Source: Oceanispirochaeta sp. (GTDB lineage Bacteria; Spirochaetota; Spirochaetia; DSM-2461). Taken from it: DNA of 64,000 nt. Below the pieces are notes generated by a model that was not told the origin of the DNA, ran no database searches, and worked only from the letters and a program-made list of their open reading frames with translations. The stretch covers positions 1,984,001 to 2,048,000 of the forward strand of contig CAXXOA010000002.1 in assembly GCA_963666275.2 (NCBI GenBank), in the 5' to 3' direction. The position numbers and the translations under genes were made by a program. How positions within the stretch are numbered: position 1 is the first letter of the stretch; each line of letters starts with the position of its first letter. Shown one piece after another: positions 8,879 through 18,426 of the stretch.

Positions 8879-9957
8879 TTCAGGGTTTTCCTTTCTCTGA
8901 ATTCTTTGAGATTGTATGCCAGTACCGGTATGATCACAACAAGCAGCACCACCGCTATGGCCGATGCCTGACCGGAGTTGCCGTATGTGAACTGCCTGAG
9001 GTAGAATTCATTGGCAATCACATTGGTTCCGAAATTTCCACCCGTCATAACCCGGACTATATCAAACAGTTTCAGGCTGAATATCAGAATTGTCGTGGTC
9101 ACTGTTATGATGGTAGGCATGATATAGGGAATGGTTATCCTGAAGAAAATTGTAAAGCTGCCGGCTCCGTCAACCTTTGCGGCTTCATTGATTTCACCGG
9201 GAATCCCCTTGATAGCTGAGGAGAGGATCACCATGGCATAGCCTGTCTGCAGCCAGACCATAATGAAGATCAGGAAAAAGTTATTCCAGAAGGGGACAAG
9301 AAGCCATGCCTGAGCCTGTCCTCCCAGTGCCGTAACAATGGCGTTCAGCAGGCCTATTTCGTTGATATTGACCCCTTCGCCCTTGTAGGCATACATGAAT
9401 TTCCATATGACACCAGCCCCGACGAAGGATATGGCCATGGGCATGAAAATCAATGATTTGAAAAGCTTTTCGCTTTTACTCTTGTCTGAAAGGACCGCTA
9501 TAATGATACCCAGAGTCACACAGAAAAAAGTTCCAAAAATCATCCAGAGCAGGTTGTTTCTGAAACTTTCAAGCATAATCGGGTCGGTAAAGGCAAATTT
9601 GTAGTTATCCAGAAATACAAACTCTCTGCCGTTGGCTCCCATGAAACTCAGCCGCAGCGATCTGAGGGTGGGAAGAACCAGGGCCCATATGAGGATGAGC
9701 ACGGCCGGTCCGGCAAAGACGACAGCTACAGCGGTGGAGCGGATTTTCCGCGGCATGGTCTGGGCAATGCTGTTCATGGCATAAAACAGGAGCGCTACCG
9801 ATCCAAGCCCCCAGGTGACAGCCGTTAATGTCATTAATATTTTGTTGTTCTGCAGATTCTGAAGAAGGATAAATCCTCCGACTAGAAAAAATAGCGTAAT
9901 AAGCAGCAGAAGAATCAGCAGAAGAGGCTTTTTCCAGGTTGAATTATCCCGGCTCAT
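8875..9957 (-). CDS. Carbohydrate ABC transporter permease (AglF/MalF-like)
   Basis: FMPMAISFVGAGVIWKF, WLQTGYAMV and EAAKVDGA motifs. Confidence 0.92.
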   Translation of the reverse strand: MSRDNSTWKKPLLLILLLLITLFFLVGGFILLQNLQNNKILMTLTAVTWGLGSVALLFYAMNSIAQTMPRKIRSTAVAVVFAGPAVLILIWALVLPTLRSLRLSFMGANGREFVFLDNYKFAFTDPIMLESFRNNLLWMIFGTFFCVTLGIIIAVLSDKSKSEKLFKSLIFMPMAISFVGAGVIWKFMYAYKGEGVNINEIGLLNAIVTALGGQAQAWLLVPFWNNFFLIFIMVWLQTGYAMVILSSAIKGIPGEINEAAKVDGAGSFTIFFRITIPYIMPTIITVTTTILIFSLKLFDIVRVMTGGNFGTNVIANEFYLRQFTYGNSGQASAIAVVLLVVIIPVLAYNLKEFRERKTLK

Positions 9958-10067
9958 GATTGTCTCCTTTTAAAAAATAGAGCTGGTCGGAACCCTCTGT
10001 TTTTCGACCAGCTTCTTTTCCATCTATTCCGGACCGGGATTCACAGTCCGGAAATCTGCTTCTCTGA

Positions 10068-11411
10068 TTATTCTGCCGGCCAGGAGTTGTCTATGGCTGT
10101 CAGGGCTTCATCAAGAGATTTTGCACCGGAAACATAGGCTGTCATTTCCTTCCAGAAGGAACCGGCTCCCACGGCGCCCGGCATCAGGTCCGATCCGTCA
10201 AATCTTACACTGGTGGCATTCTGAATAACTTCAGCCACTTTTCTGTCCACTTCGTTGGTATACCAATCCAGCTTGGAATCTTTATGGGGAGAAATGGCTC
10301 CCCCTGCTTTCACCCAGCCTTCAACAGACGCAGCTGTGGCAAAATACTGCATAACCATACGGACTTCGGGTCTGTCATTGAACATGGCATAGATATCTCC
10401 CGCCACAAGAACAGGTCTTCCGTACTGGGGATCTACACTGGGCAGATAGAAAAAGTCATAATCCTGTCCCGCAACCAGGTTGTCGGGGAAAAAGGATGTA
10501 ATGAAATTTCCCTGTTTGTGCAGCCAGGCTTTGGGGGGATTTTCAAACATAACTTTGGGCGCGTCGCCGAAAGACGTTGTAGCGATTCCCTTACGTCCTC
10601 CATAAACCATGCCGTCGGCAAACCAGATATCTGTCATGGCTTTGATGGCGGCCCGGACTTCAGGAGAGTTGAATTTCAGTTCTCCCGTAACCCATTTGTC
10701 ATAGTTTTCAAGGGAGGTAGTTCTCAGCATCATCTCTTCGATCCAGTCTGTGGCAGCCCATCCGGTAGCGGCACCTGATTCGATACCTACGGCCCAGGGG
10801 CTGTCGCCGTCAGAGAGGATTGTGTTCTGAAGGGTCACCAGTTCCTCCCAGGTTTCGGGAACTTTGTATCCTGCGGCGTCAAACTCTTTTTTGTTGTACC
10901 AGACCAGGGACTTTCCATTAACACGGCCCCAGAGACCGGCCATGATCTCTCCGTCGGGGGATTCCATGGTGGCCATATCCAGCCAGCTCTGTATGTAGTT
11001 GGATTTGACTTTGTTCATATCCAGAACTTTATTCAGGTCAATCACATAGCCCTTTCTGACAAAGTTGTTCAGAAGTCCAGGCTGGGGAAAGTCAACGATA
11101 TCGGGAGGATTCCCTCCTTCCACCCTGATGCCGATCGACGCTTCAAACTCTTTGGATCCTTCGTACTGGATATCAATGCCGGTCATCTCTTCAAAAGGTT
11201 TGATCGACTCTTCAAATTTGATGGCATCATTGTCGGTAAATGGTCCTGCCATCGTTACGACTGTGCCCCGTACCTCGGCATAGGGATCATCCATTGCCTT
11301 TTCTGTTGTTTCTTCAGCAACAGGTTCTTCCGCCTTTTTGCTGCATCCTGTAAAAACAAATGTGATTACCAGTAAAAGGGTAAGTCCTGCCAACAGTTGT
11401 TTTTTCAACAT
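10068..11411 (-). CDS. Carbohydrate ABC substrate-binding lipoprotein (AglE/alpha-glucoside-like)
   Basis: Lipobox FTGC; PPDIVDFPQPG, KSLVWY, GIESGAATGW.ATDWIE and RFDGSDLMPG.VG motifs. Confidence 0.9.
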   Translation of the reverse strand: MLKKQLLAGLTLLLVITFVFTGCSKKAEEPVAEETTEKAMDDPYAEVRGTVVTMAGPFTDNDAIKFEESIKPFEEMTGIDIQYEGSKEFEASIGIRVEGGNPPDIVDFPQPGLLNNFVRKGYVIDLNKVLDMNKVKSNYIQSWLDMATMESPDGEIMAGLWGRVNGKSLVWYNKKEFDAAGYKVPETWEELVTLQNTILSDGDSPWAVGIESGAATGWAATDWIEEMMLRTTSLENYDKWVTGELKFNSPEVRAAIKAMTDIWFADGMVYGGRKGIATTSFGDAPKVMFENPPKAWLHKQGNFITSFFPDNLVAGQDYDFFYLPSVDPQYGRPVLVAGDIYAMFNDRPEVRMVMQYFATAASVEGWVKAGGAISPHKDSKLDWYTNEVDRKVAEVIQNATSVRFDGSDLMPGAVGAGSFWKEMTAYVSGAKSLDEALTAIDNSWPAE

Positions 11412-11451
11412 TCTATTCCTCCTTAACGGCTTAATGCCGCGTTTTCCTTTG

Positions 11452-12477
11452 TTAAGTGGTGGCGCGTTCTATAAGCCCCACCTGCAAATTCGTCTTCTGA
11501 AGGGCTTCTCCTTTGCCTGTGAGTCTGTCAATCAGAAGCGCTGCCGCAATCCTTCCGGAATCGATCAGATGCTGGGATATGGTGGAAAGTTCCATCCAGT
11601 CCGCCGCATCAATGTCATCGAATCCGAGAATTGCCATCTCCTGGGGGATCTTTATATTCCTCTGCCTGGCGGCTTTGAGGATGCCGATGGCCTGCAGATC
11701 GCACATGGCAAACACAGCCCTCGGGATCTCACCCCTGTTCAGATACTGATCAAAGACTTTCTGGGCATCCTCTACGGATGTATCCGCTTCCAGGATGTTC
11801 CTTCTGTTTATCTCTATGCCGTTCTTTTTCAGGGTATCCCTGAAGCCGTTGAACCGTTTTGCCGAGGGTTTGCAGCTATAGGGGAGGGTATTGTTTTTGT
11901 CACCCATAAAAGCGCAGGGGAAATACTCTTTTGCAAGAAACAGCTCTGCAGCCAGCTCCCCCCCTCTGTAGTCATCTGCCAGGACACGGGAGTAGTTTTC
12001 ATCGTCCGATTCAATCATGACTATATTCAGGCCCGAGGCTTTTAAAATCCTGTGCTGCTCCTGGGTCAGCTGAACTGACATGAGGATAAGCCCGTCAATC
12101 CGGCGGGTGAAGGGGACCGATGTGAGATATTCATCCAGCTGGTCTGTCCCTTCTATCGTATAAATAACCACTTCGAAGTTTTTCTCTTTCAGGAAGGGGA
12201 TAACACCCCCCAGCCGGTCCACAAAAGAGGGTGCGGGAAAGAACGGGGTCAGGACGCCGATTCTTCCCACGGAACGGGATGCTTTGCTCCCTGTGTTTCC
12301 ATGAGGGATATAGTCCAGAAGATCCATAGCCAGGGAAATTTTGTTTCCTGTGGATTTTTTTACATTCTCCGGATTGTTCAGGTATCTGGATACAGTGGTA
12401 ATGCTCACGCCCGCTTCTGAAGCTACATCGTAAATGGTAGGGCGTGTATTCAGAGTTTTTTTCATGATTTCCCGCAT
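11452..12477 (-). CDS. LacI-family transcriptional regulator
   Basis: TIYDVASEAGVSITTVSR HTH and GFDDI in the sugar-binding domain. Confidence 0.93.
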   Translation of the reverse strand: MREIMKKTLNTRPTIYDVASEAGVSITTVSRYLNNPENVKKSTGNKISLAMDLLDYIPHGNTGSKASRSVGRIGVLTPFFPAPSFVDRLGGVIPFLKEKNFEVVIYTIEGTDQLDEYLTSVPFTRRIDGLILMSVQLTQEQHRILKASGLNIVMIESDDENYSRVLADDYRGGELAAELFLAKEYFPCAFMGDKNNTLPYSCKPSAKRFNGFRDTLKKNGIEINRRNILEADTSVEDAQKVFDQYLNRGEIPRAVFAMCDLQAIGILKAARQRNIKIPQEMAILGFDDIDAADWMELSTISQHLIDSGRIAAALLIDRLTGKGEALQKTNLQVGLIERATT

Positions 12478-12489
12478 AGAATGGATATG

Positions 12490-12507
12490 TATGAAAGTAC
12501 TTTCATA
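12490..12507. promoter_or_regulatory. Putative LacI operator O1 (perfect 18-bp palindrome)
   Basis: TATGAAAGTACTTTCATA immediately upstream of the lacI-like start. Confidence 0.7.
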
Positions 12508-12622
12508 AGTATTATGGTAATCCGGCTTTCTTTTTCTGTCAAATAAATAATTGATATACTTATAATAAAATCATTTCTCTGTATATTAATACTGAGTGAA
12601 TGGAGCTTTATGATACGAAAAA

Positions 12623-12640
12623 TATGAAAGTTCTTTCCAT
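12623..12640. promoter_or_regulatory. Putative LacI operator O2
   Basis: TATGAAAGTTCTTTCCAT is a degenerate copy of O1, 133 bp away. Confidence 0.55.
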
Positions 12641-12647
12641 TTGATCC

Positions 12648-12680
12648 AAAAAAAGAGAGCGCCCCCGGGCGCTCTCTTTC
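12648..12680 (-). terminator. Terminator of the PLP-ygfK-ssnA-ygeY operon
   Basis: AAAAAAAGAGAGCGCCC-C-CGGGCGCTCTCTTT, giving a U-tail on the minus strand. Confidence 0.8.
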
Positions 12681-12696
12681 TATTAATACTTATTGA

Positions 12697-13902
12697 TTAT
12701 TTCAATTTGTAGGGCAGCATGGCGTAAAAAGCGCTGCAGATCTCCAGATCGTCGATCCTGTTCTTCTCGTTGGGTGCATGGGCCTCTTTTTCATCTCCCG
12801 GACCGAATCCGATCAGGGGGATTTTATGGCGTCCGCAAATGGCAACACCATTGGTGGAAAAGGTCCATTTGTCAACAACGGGATCTTTTCCGTAAAGGCT
12901 GCTGTAGGCATCCACGCCGCTTTCCACCAGAGGATGGGTCCGTTCAATCTTCCATGTGGGGAAATAGAGCTCCTGATGATAGTCCAGTTTTTTCCATCCC
13001 AGTTCTTCGTAGTCGGGCATGGTGACAGACTCGGGTTCTTCTCCCAGAGCTTCCTTGATATAGGATTTTACCTGGCTGATCGCCAGTTCCGCATCTTCTC
13101 CCCAGGTAAGGCGTCTATCCAGATAGAGCATCGCCTGGTCGGGAACCGCGCACTGGGAGGGCCCGTTGACTTTCATTTCCGACACAACAATGGTGCCTTT
13201 ACCCAGAAAGTTGTCCTCATCGGGCTGAAGATCGCTGTTGAGTTTTTCCATGGCAAGAGCCGCTTTTGCCGCTTTATAGGCTGCGCTGACTCCTCTTTCG
13301 GGGGCAGATCCATGGCTGGAAACCCCCTTGATTTTTACAACCATTTCCATCCGGCCTCTGTGTCCTCTGTAGAGGCGGCAGCTGGTGGGCTCGGTGGAAA
13401 CCGCAAAATCGGGAACCAGTTTCTCCTCTTCGATCAGGTACTTCCAGCACATACCGTCGCAGTCTTCTTCCATTACGGTAAAGGTGAAGTAGAGGGTGTA
13501 CTCTTCGTCATAACCCAGTTCCTTCAGGATCCGTCCCGCTGTAATCATGGAGGCGGCGCCGCCTTTCTGGTCGGAACTGCCCCGTCCCCATACATAGGTA
13601 TCGTCGATTTCACCGGAAAAAGGCTCTTTCTCCCAGGCTGAAGGGTCTCCTACTGTTACAGTATCAATATGGGCGTCGAAAGCAAGGATTTTAGGTCCCT
13701 TGCCGATCTTTGCTACAACACTTCCCAGGCCGTCAATCCGGACTTCGTCAAATCCCGCTTCTTCGCAGAGTTCAACAATTTTCCGGCATACAGCCTCTTC
13801 ATCGCCGCTGTAGGAGGGAATCTTAACCATTTTGGAGAGTACTTCGGCAGTATACTGTCTGTACTCTTTTGCTTTTGCCAGAATATCTTTTTCAATTGAC
13901 AT
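12697..13902 (-). CDS. ygeY: YgeY-family M20 metallo-amidohydrolase
   Basis: FDAHIDTV, GRGSSDQKGG, MEEDCDG, GHRGRME, WTFSTNGV and AHAPNE motifs. Confidence 0.93.
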   Translation of the reverse strand: MSIEKDILAKAKEYRQYTAEVLSKMVKIPSYSGDEEAVCRKIVELCEEAGFDEVRIDGLGSVVAKIGKGPKILAFDAHIDTVTVGDPSAWEKEPFSGEIDDTYVWGRGSSDQKGGAASMITAGRILKELGYDEEYTLYFTFTVMEEDCDGMCWKYLIEEEKLVPDFAVSTEPTSCRLYRGHRGRMEMVVKIKGVSSHGSAPERGVSAAYKAAKAALAMEKLNSDLQPDEDNFLGKGTIVVSEMKVNGPSQCAVPDQAMLYLDRRLTWGEDAELAISQVKSYIKEALGEEPESVTMPDYEELGWKKLDYHQELYFPTWKIERTHPLVESGVDAYSSLYGKDPVVDKWTFSTNGVAICGRHKIPLIGFGPGDEKEAHAPNEKNRIDDLEICSAFYAMLPYKLK

Positions 13903-13959
13903 ATTTTTCTCCTGTAGAGTCTTCAGAGAAAGGGTATTCTCTGAAGCTGCTAATAAATT

Positions 13960-15288
13960 TCAGTCTTTCAGATTGTCCATAGCGTCCCAGAGACGGGCTG
14001 CCTGTTCCCGGGACTCTTCGTATATGCCTGAAGTATCGAAGGTAAACTCTCTATCCTTCAGAACCACTCTGCCGTTCACAATCACCGTACGAACATCCCT
14101 TGAGGTTTGTCCGAAAGCGATATGACCGGCAATATTCTCTGCTTTCAGAGGGGTCGGGGCCTGGTAGTCCGATATCACCAGATCCGCTTTGTAGCCTTTT
14201 TCAATTTTTCCGAACCGGTCGTCAAAGTTCCGTTCCAGCAGGGTGTTCCCGTTATGGAGGAATCCCAGGAAATCACCCGGCCAGAGGGGACCGCCCGTAT
14301 CTTTGTGCTTGAAGTAGGCGAACTTGAACTCCTCCCACATATCGCTTCCGATGCCGTCCGTTCCCAGGGCAACATTTTTAAGGGACTTCAGATGGTTCTG
14401 AACTCCCACGCCGTTGTTCATGTTGGAGCGGAAGTTTACCGCCAGAAAACTGTTCCTCTGGTTCATGATCTCCACATCTTTCTCTGACAGGTACAGGCCG
14501 TGAACCACAAGGGTTTTGCTGTTCATGAGACCGAAGTCATCCAGCCTTACAAGCAGGTCTTTTCCATAGAAATGGTGGGACCAGGAGGCATCGTATTTGT
14601 CTTCCGCCACATGGCAGTGGAATCCCCGTCCAGTCTGTTCTGCCGCTTCGGCCAGCAGTTCCAGACCCCGGTCGGGGAGGGTAAAAGGCGCATGACCACC
14701 TATATGGGCTTCCATCAGGCCCGACCAGGTACCATCCTGCTTCTCTTTGTCTATCTGACGGGCAAAACGGACATTCTCGGCAATCCCTGATTCCATCTCT
14801 TCAATGCTGTTCCGGTCGGTGGTCTCAAAGCAGGTCATTCCCCTGAGGCCGACCTTTTCAAAAGCCTCTTTCAGCACAGTCAGAGAGCCGTCAATGAAAC
14901 GGGGAGACGCATGATGATCAATGACAGAGGTTGTTCCGTTCCGGATCGCATCCATGCAGCAGATCTCTCCGCTGCTTTTCAGCATATCCCTGTCCAGAGC
15001 CTTATCCAGCCGCCACCAGAGGTTTTTCAGAACCGATATAAAATCCGGTGTGGGATCAATATTGGCCAGGATCCCCCGGGAGAGACCCGAGTAGAAGTGG
15101 TTATGACTGCACACCAGTCCGGGGTGGACGATGGCTCCTTTCAGATCCCAGACCTGGTCGGCATTCATCCCTTCCGCCGCACCGGGTCCGGCCGCTATAA
15201 TCCTGTCGCTGTCAACCACGATATCCCATCCCGAATGGACTTCGGAGGGCTGAAAGTTCACAACTGTAGCATTTTTCAGTATCAGCAT
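13960..15288 (-). CDS. ssnA: SsnA amidohydrolase
   Basis: HNHFYSGLSRG, LWWRLD, DHHASP, GHAPFT, HVAE, SNMNNGVG and LGTDG motifs. Confidence 0.93.
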   Translation of the reverse strand: MLILKNATVVNFQPSEVHSGWDIVVDSDRIIAAGPGAAEGMNADQVWDLKGAIVHPGLVCSHNHFYSGLSRGILANIDPTPDFISVLKNLWWRLDKALDRDMLKSSGEICCMDAIRNGTTSVIDHHASPRFIDGSLTVLKEAFEKVGLRGMTCFETTDRNSIEEMESGIAENVRFARQIDKEKQDGTWSGLMEAHIGGHAPFTLPDRGLELLAEAAEQTGRGFHCHVAEDKYDASWSHHFYGKDLLVRLDDFGLMNSKTLVVHGLYLSEKDVEIMNQRNSFLAVNFRSNMNNGVGVQNHLKSLKNVALGTDGIGSDMWEEFKFAYFKHKDTGGPLWPGDFLGFLHNGNTLLERNFDDRFGKIEKGYKADLVISDYQAPTPLKAENIAGHIAFGQTSRDVRTVIVNGRVVLKDREFTFDTSGIYEESREQAARLWDAMDNLKD

Positions 15289-15302
15289 TTTCCTTCTCCT
15301 TC

Positions 15303-18300
15303 CTACTGCTCCACCCGGCCGGTATACCAGGGGTACTCTTTCATGACTTTCCGGATGATCTCTCCCGTCTGTTCTCCCTCTTTTCCCGAGGGGAGGGGGC
15401 CGTACAGTTCGCCCTGACGCCAGACAAGGTTGAATATCTGCTTATTCTGCCGGAGCAGGATATCATCTCCCGTGACAAGGAATCCGTTGTTCTCACTGTT
15501 TTCAAAATCTTCTTTCAGGCTGAAAACAGTGATTTTGTCCCTGTATGGCCGTCCCTCCCAGGGGCAGAACTGAGCGCAGTTGCCGCATTCGTTGCAGAAG
15601 GCATCCACGTGAAGGATCTGCAGGGACTGACCGAACTCCTCTTTGCCAGTGGTTATGAACACATTGGCCCTGTTGGGGCAGACGTCCACACATTTGTTGC
15701 AGATCACGTCGCACTGAAGGCAGCGGGAAGCTTCCTTTTCCGCCCAGGCGGCAAAATTGCTTTCCAGGTCGGATCCCGACTCCAGCATTACGCTCTTGTT
15801 CTTTCTCAGTTCCCGGATCTCCTCCGCAGAAAGGGCTTCCGGTTTCAGGGCCGTCAGTTTCCGTCCCATCTGATCCAGAATGTGGTCTACCGACTTCCGG
15901 GCGCTTCCCATGGCTCCCACAATGGAGAGGGGGCCAGTCAGGGCGTCACCGCAGAGGTAGACCCCGGGGATCTCGGTTTCGTTGGTTGTGCTGTCCACTT
16001 CCACCCATTTTCCGGGAATGTTCAGTCCCATGGATTTGAGTACTTCCGTATCCACTTTCTCTCCGATCGCTGTGATCAGAGTATCCACCGGAAAGGTTTC
16101 GGTTTCGTCAGTGGCTACCGGACGGCGGCGGCCTGATTCATCAGGTTCACCCAGTTTCATCACTGTGCATTCCAGCTGACCCTTCTCTGTGAAGCCTTTG
16201 GGGTTTCTCAGGAAGTGGAAGGAAATTCCCTCTTCCGAGGCATCGTAGTACTCTTCTCTGTCGGCGGGCATTTCAGTCAGGGTTCTTCTGTAGATCACTC
16301 TGACTTCCTTCACTCCCGGCAGCCTTTTGGCGGAACGGGCACTGTCCATGGCGGTATTTCCTCCGCCCACAATGGCCACATACTCACCCACATCAGCCTG
16401 ATCGGGTTTTGTCCGGAACAGGTTGAGGAAGTCCAGAGAAGTCATGACTTTTCCACCGGGCAGATCCAGAGTATTGTCTTTCTCCGCTCCGATGCTGATG
16501 ATGACCTTCTCGTATCCCTCTTCTTTCAGGCCGCTGATGGTCAGATCCTTCTGGCCGAAACGGAAATCCACGCCGTGGGCCCGGATAAATTCCATATCCT
16601 TCTCGATCTCATCGGCGGGCATCCTGAAAGAAGGCAGCACATGGCTGATAACGCCGCCGGGGGAGTCCTCTTTTTCAAATACAGTCACATCCGCACCGCC
16701 TCTTCTGAGGAAGTAGGCGGCGGCCAGTCCGGAGGGTCCTGCACCGATGACCGCGGTTTTGACACCCGGCTGCCCGGCAGGTTCTTTAAAAGCCTTGATA
16801 TACTGATCCCAGCCCTGCTGGGCGGCGATCTTTTTCATATCCCGGATCTTAACGGTTCCCTCGTAGTCGATCCTGGTACAGTTGTACTGACACTTGTGAT
16901 CGCAGATCCATCCTGTAATGAAGGGGAGGGGGTTTTTGTTGTAGATCACATCCAGGGCTTCCACGTACCGCCCCTGGCCGATCAGTCTGAGGTATTCGGG
17001 AACATCCTGATGGATAGCGCAGGCTGTTTTACAGGGAGCTACCGCACAGTCATAGAGGGGCAGAGGCTCTTCGGTGGAAATCTCGTCGATTCCCCGCCAC
17101 TCTTTCCTGTACTCTTTGGCGCTGAGCGCTGTTTCTACGAGTTTTTCCAGAGCGGGAACATCAATAGAGTCTCTGTTCCAGTCTGAAATTCCGTAACTTT
17201 TCTCCACAGCCCGGGCCATCCGCCCGTATCCGCCGGGTTTGAGGATGTCCGTTGCCATGGTTACGGGCCGGATTCCGGTTTTCAGTATGTCTTCCATATT
17301 CAGGCTGGTTGCCCCTCCGGAAAAGGAGATGGGCAGGGCGCCGTCAAACTCCCTGCTCAGCTTCAGAGCCACCTGTATGGATATGGGAAACAGAGCCCGG
17401 CCGGACATGTACATCTCATCGCCGGGGAGTTTGTTCTTATTGTTGACCGAACCCAGGGTGTTGGTCAGTTTCACTCCGAACCGGAGGCTCTTTTCATCTG
17501 CCAGGGCCTTCAGCCTTTTCAGCATCTCCACCGCGTCGGGATACTGCAGATCGTGGTCAAAACCTTCGGGGTTGAGTCCCACGTAATCGTATCCCAGTTT
17601 ATCCAGTGTCTCCCTGACCCCGTCAAAGGTCAGAAGAGTGGGATTGAGCTTCACAAAGGTATGGAGTTTTTTCTCTGTCAGCAGATACCGGGCGATTTTT
17701 TCAATTTCATCGGGAGGGCATCCGTGCATGGTGCTCAGGGTCACAGACCGGCAGATCTTTCCGGAGATCCCCTCCGCCAGGGCAGTGAGCCTGTTTTTAT
17801 TGCCTTCCAGACCGGTTCCCTTGAGGAACTCCGGATCCAAGGCCAGTTTTCTGAGGATTTCCCTGTACTCCTGGAATTTCGCCTCACCCGAGCTGTCGAT
17901 CAGCCGGTTGATGAACTGATCCATCCGGGGATTCTGGATCCCCTTCAGATCATAGCCCACGCTCATGTTGAAAATGAAATTTCTTGTATCGCTTCCCTCG
18001 AAAAGGGCTTCAAGCATATGGCAGATAAACCATCCCTTCAGGTATTCATCGTAGGCCTTGTCCAGGGTAAACTCGGTGGACCATTCGGTGTTGAATCCCT
18101 CGTCCTCCGCATCGATACAGGGTTTTTCGATCTCCAGAGTATCCATGATCTGGACCGTCTTGAGTTCGAAAAACCTGGCTCCCGCCAGCCAGGATGTCAC
18201 AATGTTCTGGGTCAGTTGGGTGTGGGGGCCTGCCGCGGGACCGACGGGGGTAGAGGCGGTTTCACCAAAGAGTTCCATACCGGGGTGGGCCTTTTTTTCC

Positions 18301-18410
18301 GGGCCCGCCAGATCCGGGGAGAAATTGAAAATCATCCTGTCCCGGCTGTATTCGGCAAATATTCTCTGGATTAACTGTTCAAAGGGAACAGGTCTCATTA
18401 AATCACTCAT
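15303..18410 (-). CDS. ygfK: YgfK flavin/Fe-S oxidoreductase (annotated 'putative selenate reductase')
   Basis: GPAAGPHTQL, ELKTVQ, STMHGCPP, GAGPSG, GGGNTAMD and two C-terminal ferredoxin Cys motifs; 1035 aa. Confidence 0.95.
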   Translation of the reverse strand: MSDLMRPVPFEQLIQRIFAEYSRDRMIFNFSPDLAGPEKKAHPGMELFGETASTPVGPAAGPHTQLTQNIVTSWLAGARFFELKTVQIMDTLEIEKPCIDAEDEGFNTEWSTEFTLDKAYDEYLKGWFICHMLEALFEGSDTRNFIFNMSVGYDLKGIQNPRMDQFINRLIDSSGEAKFQEYREILRKLALDPEFLKGTGLEGNKNRLTALAEGISGKICRSVTLSTMHGCPPDEIEKIARYLLTEKKLHTFVKLNPTLLTFDGVRETLDKLGYDYVGLNPEGFDHDLQYPDAVEMLKRLKALADEKSLRFGVKLTNTLGSVNNKNKLPGDEMYMSGRALFPISIQVALKLSREFDGALPISFSGGATSLNMEDILKTGIRPVTMATDILKPGGYGRMARAVEKSYGISDWNRDSIDVPALEKLVETALSAKEYRKEWRGIDEISTEEPLPLYDCAVAPCKTACAIHQDVPEYLRLIGQGRYVEALDVIYNKNPLPFITGWICDHKCQYNCTRIDYEGTVKIRDMKKIAAQQGWDQYIKAFKEPAGQPGVKTAVIGAGPSGLAAAYFLRRGGADVTVFEKEDSPGGVISHVLPSFRMPADEIEKDMEFIRAHGVDFRFGQKDLTISGLKEEGYEKVIISIGAEKDNTLDLPGGKVMTSLDFLNLFRTKPDQADVGEYVAIVGGGNTAMDSARSAKRLPGVKEVRVIYRRTLTEMPADREEYYDASEEGISFHFLRNPKGFTEKGQLECTVMKLGEPDESGRRRPVATDETETFPVDTLITAIGEKVDTEVLKSMGLNIPGKWVEVDSTTNETEIPGVYLCGDALTGPLSIVGAMGSARKSVDHILDQMGRKLTALKPEALSAEEIRELRKNKSVMLESGSDLESNFAAWAEKEASRCLQCDVICNKCVDVCPNRANVFITTGKEEFGQSLQILHVDAFCNECGNCAQFCPWEGRPYRDKITVFSLKEDFENSENNGFLVTGDDILLRQNKQIFNLVWRQGELYGPLPSGKEGEQTGEIIRKVMKEYPWYTGRVEQ

Positions 18411-18426
18411 TAAAGACTCCTTTCTC

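Noticed and set aside
9980..10055. Hairpins between the SBP and permease genes as a novel RNA
   Set aside because: Intercistronic stem-loops after substrate-binding protein genes are a common mRNA-stabilising feature of ABC operons.
15303..18410. Selenate reductase function or selenocysteine in YgfK
   Set aside because: There is no in-frame UGA and no molybdopterin subunit; the name is a legacy annotation and the context indicates purine catabolism.
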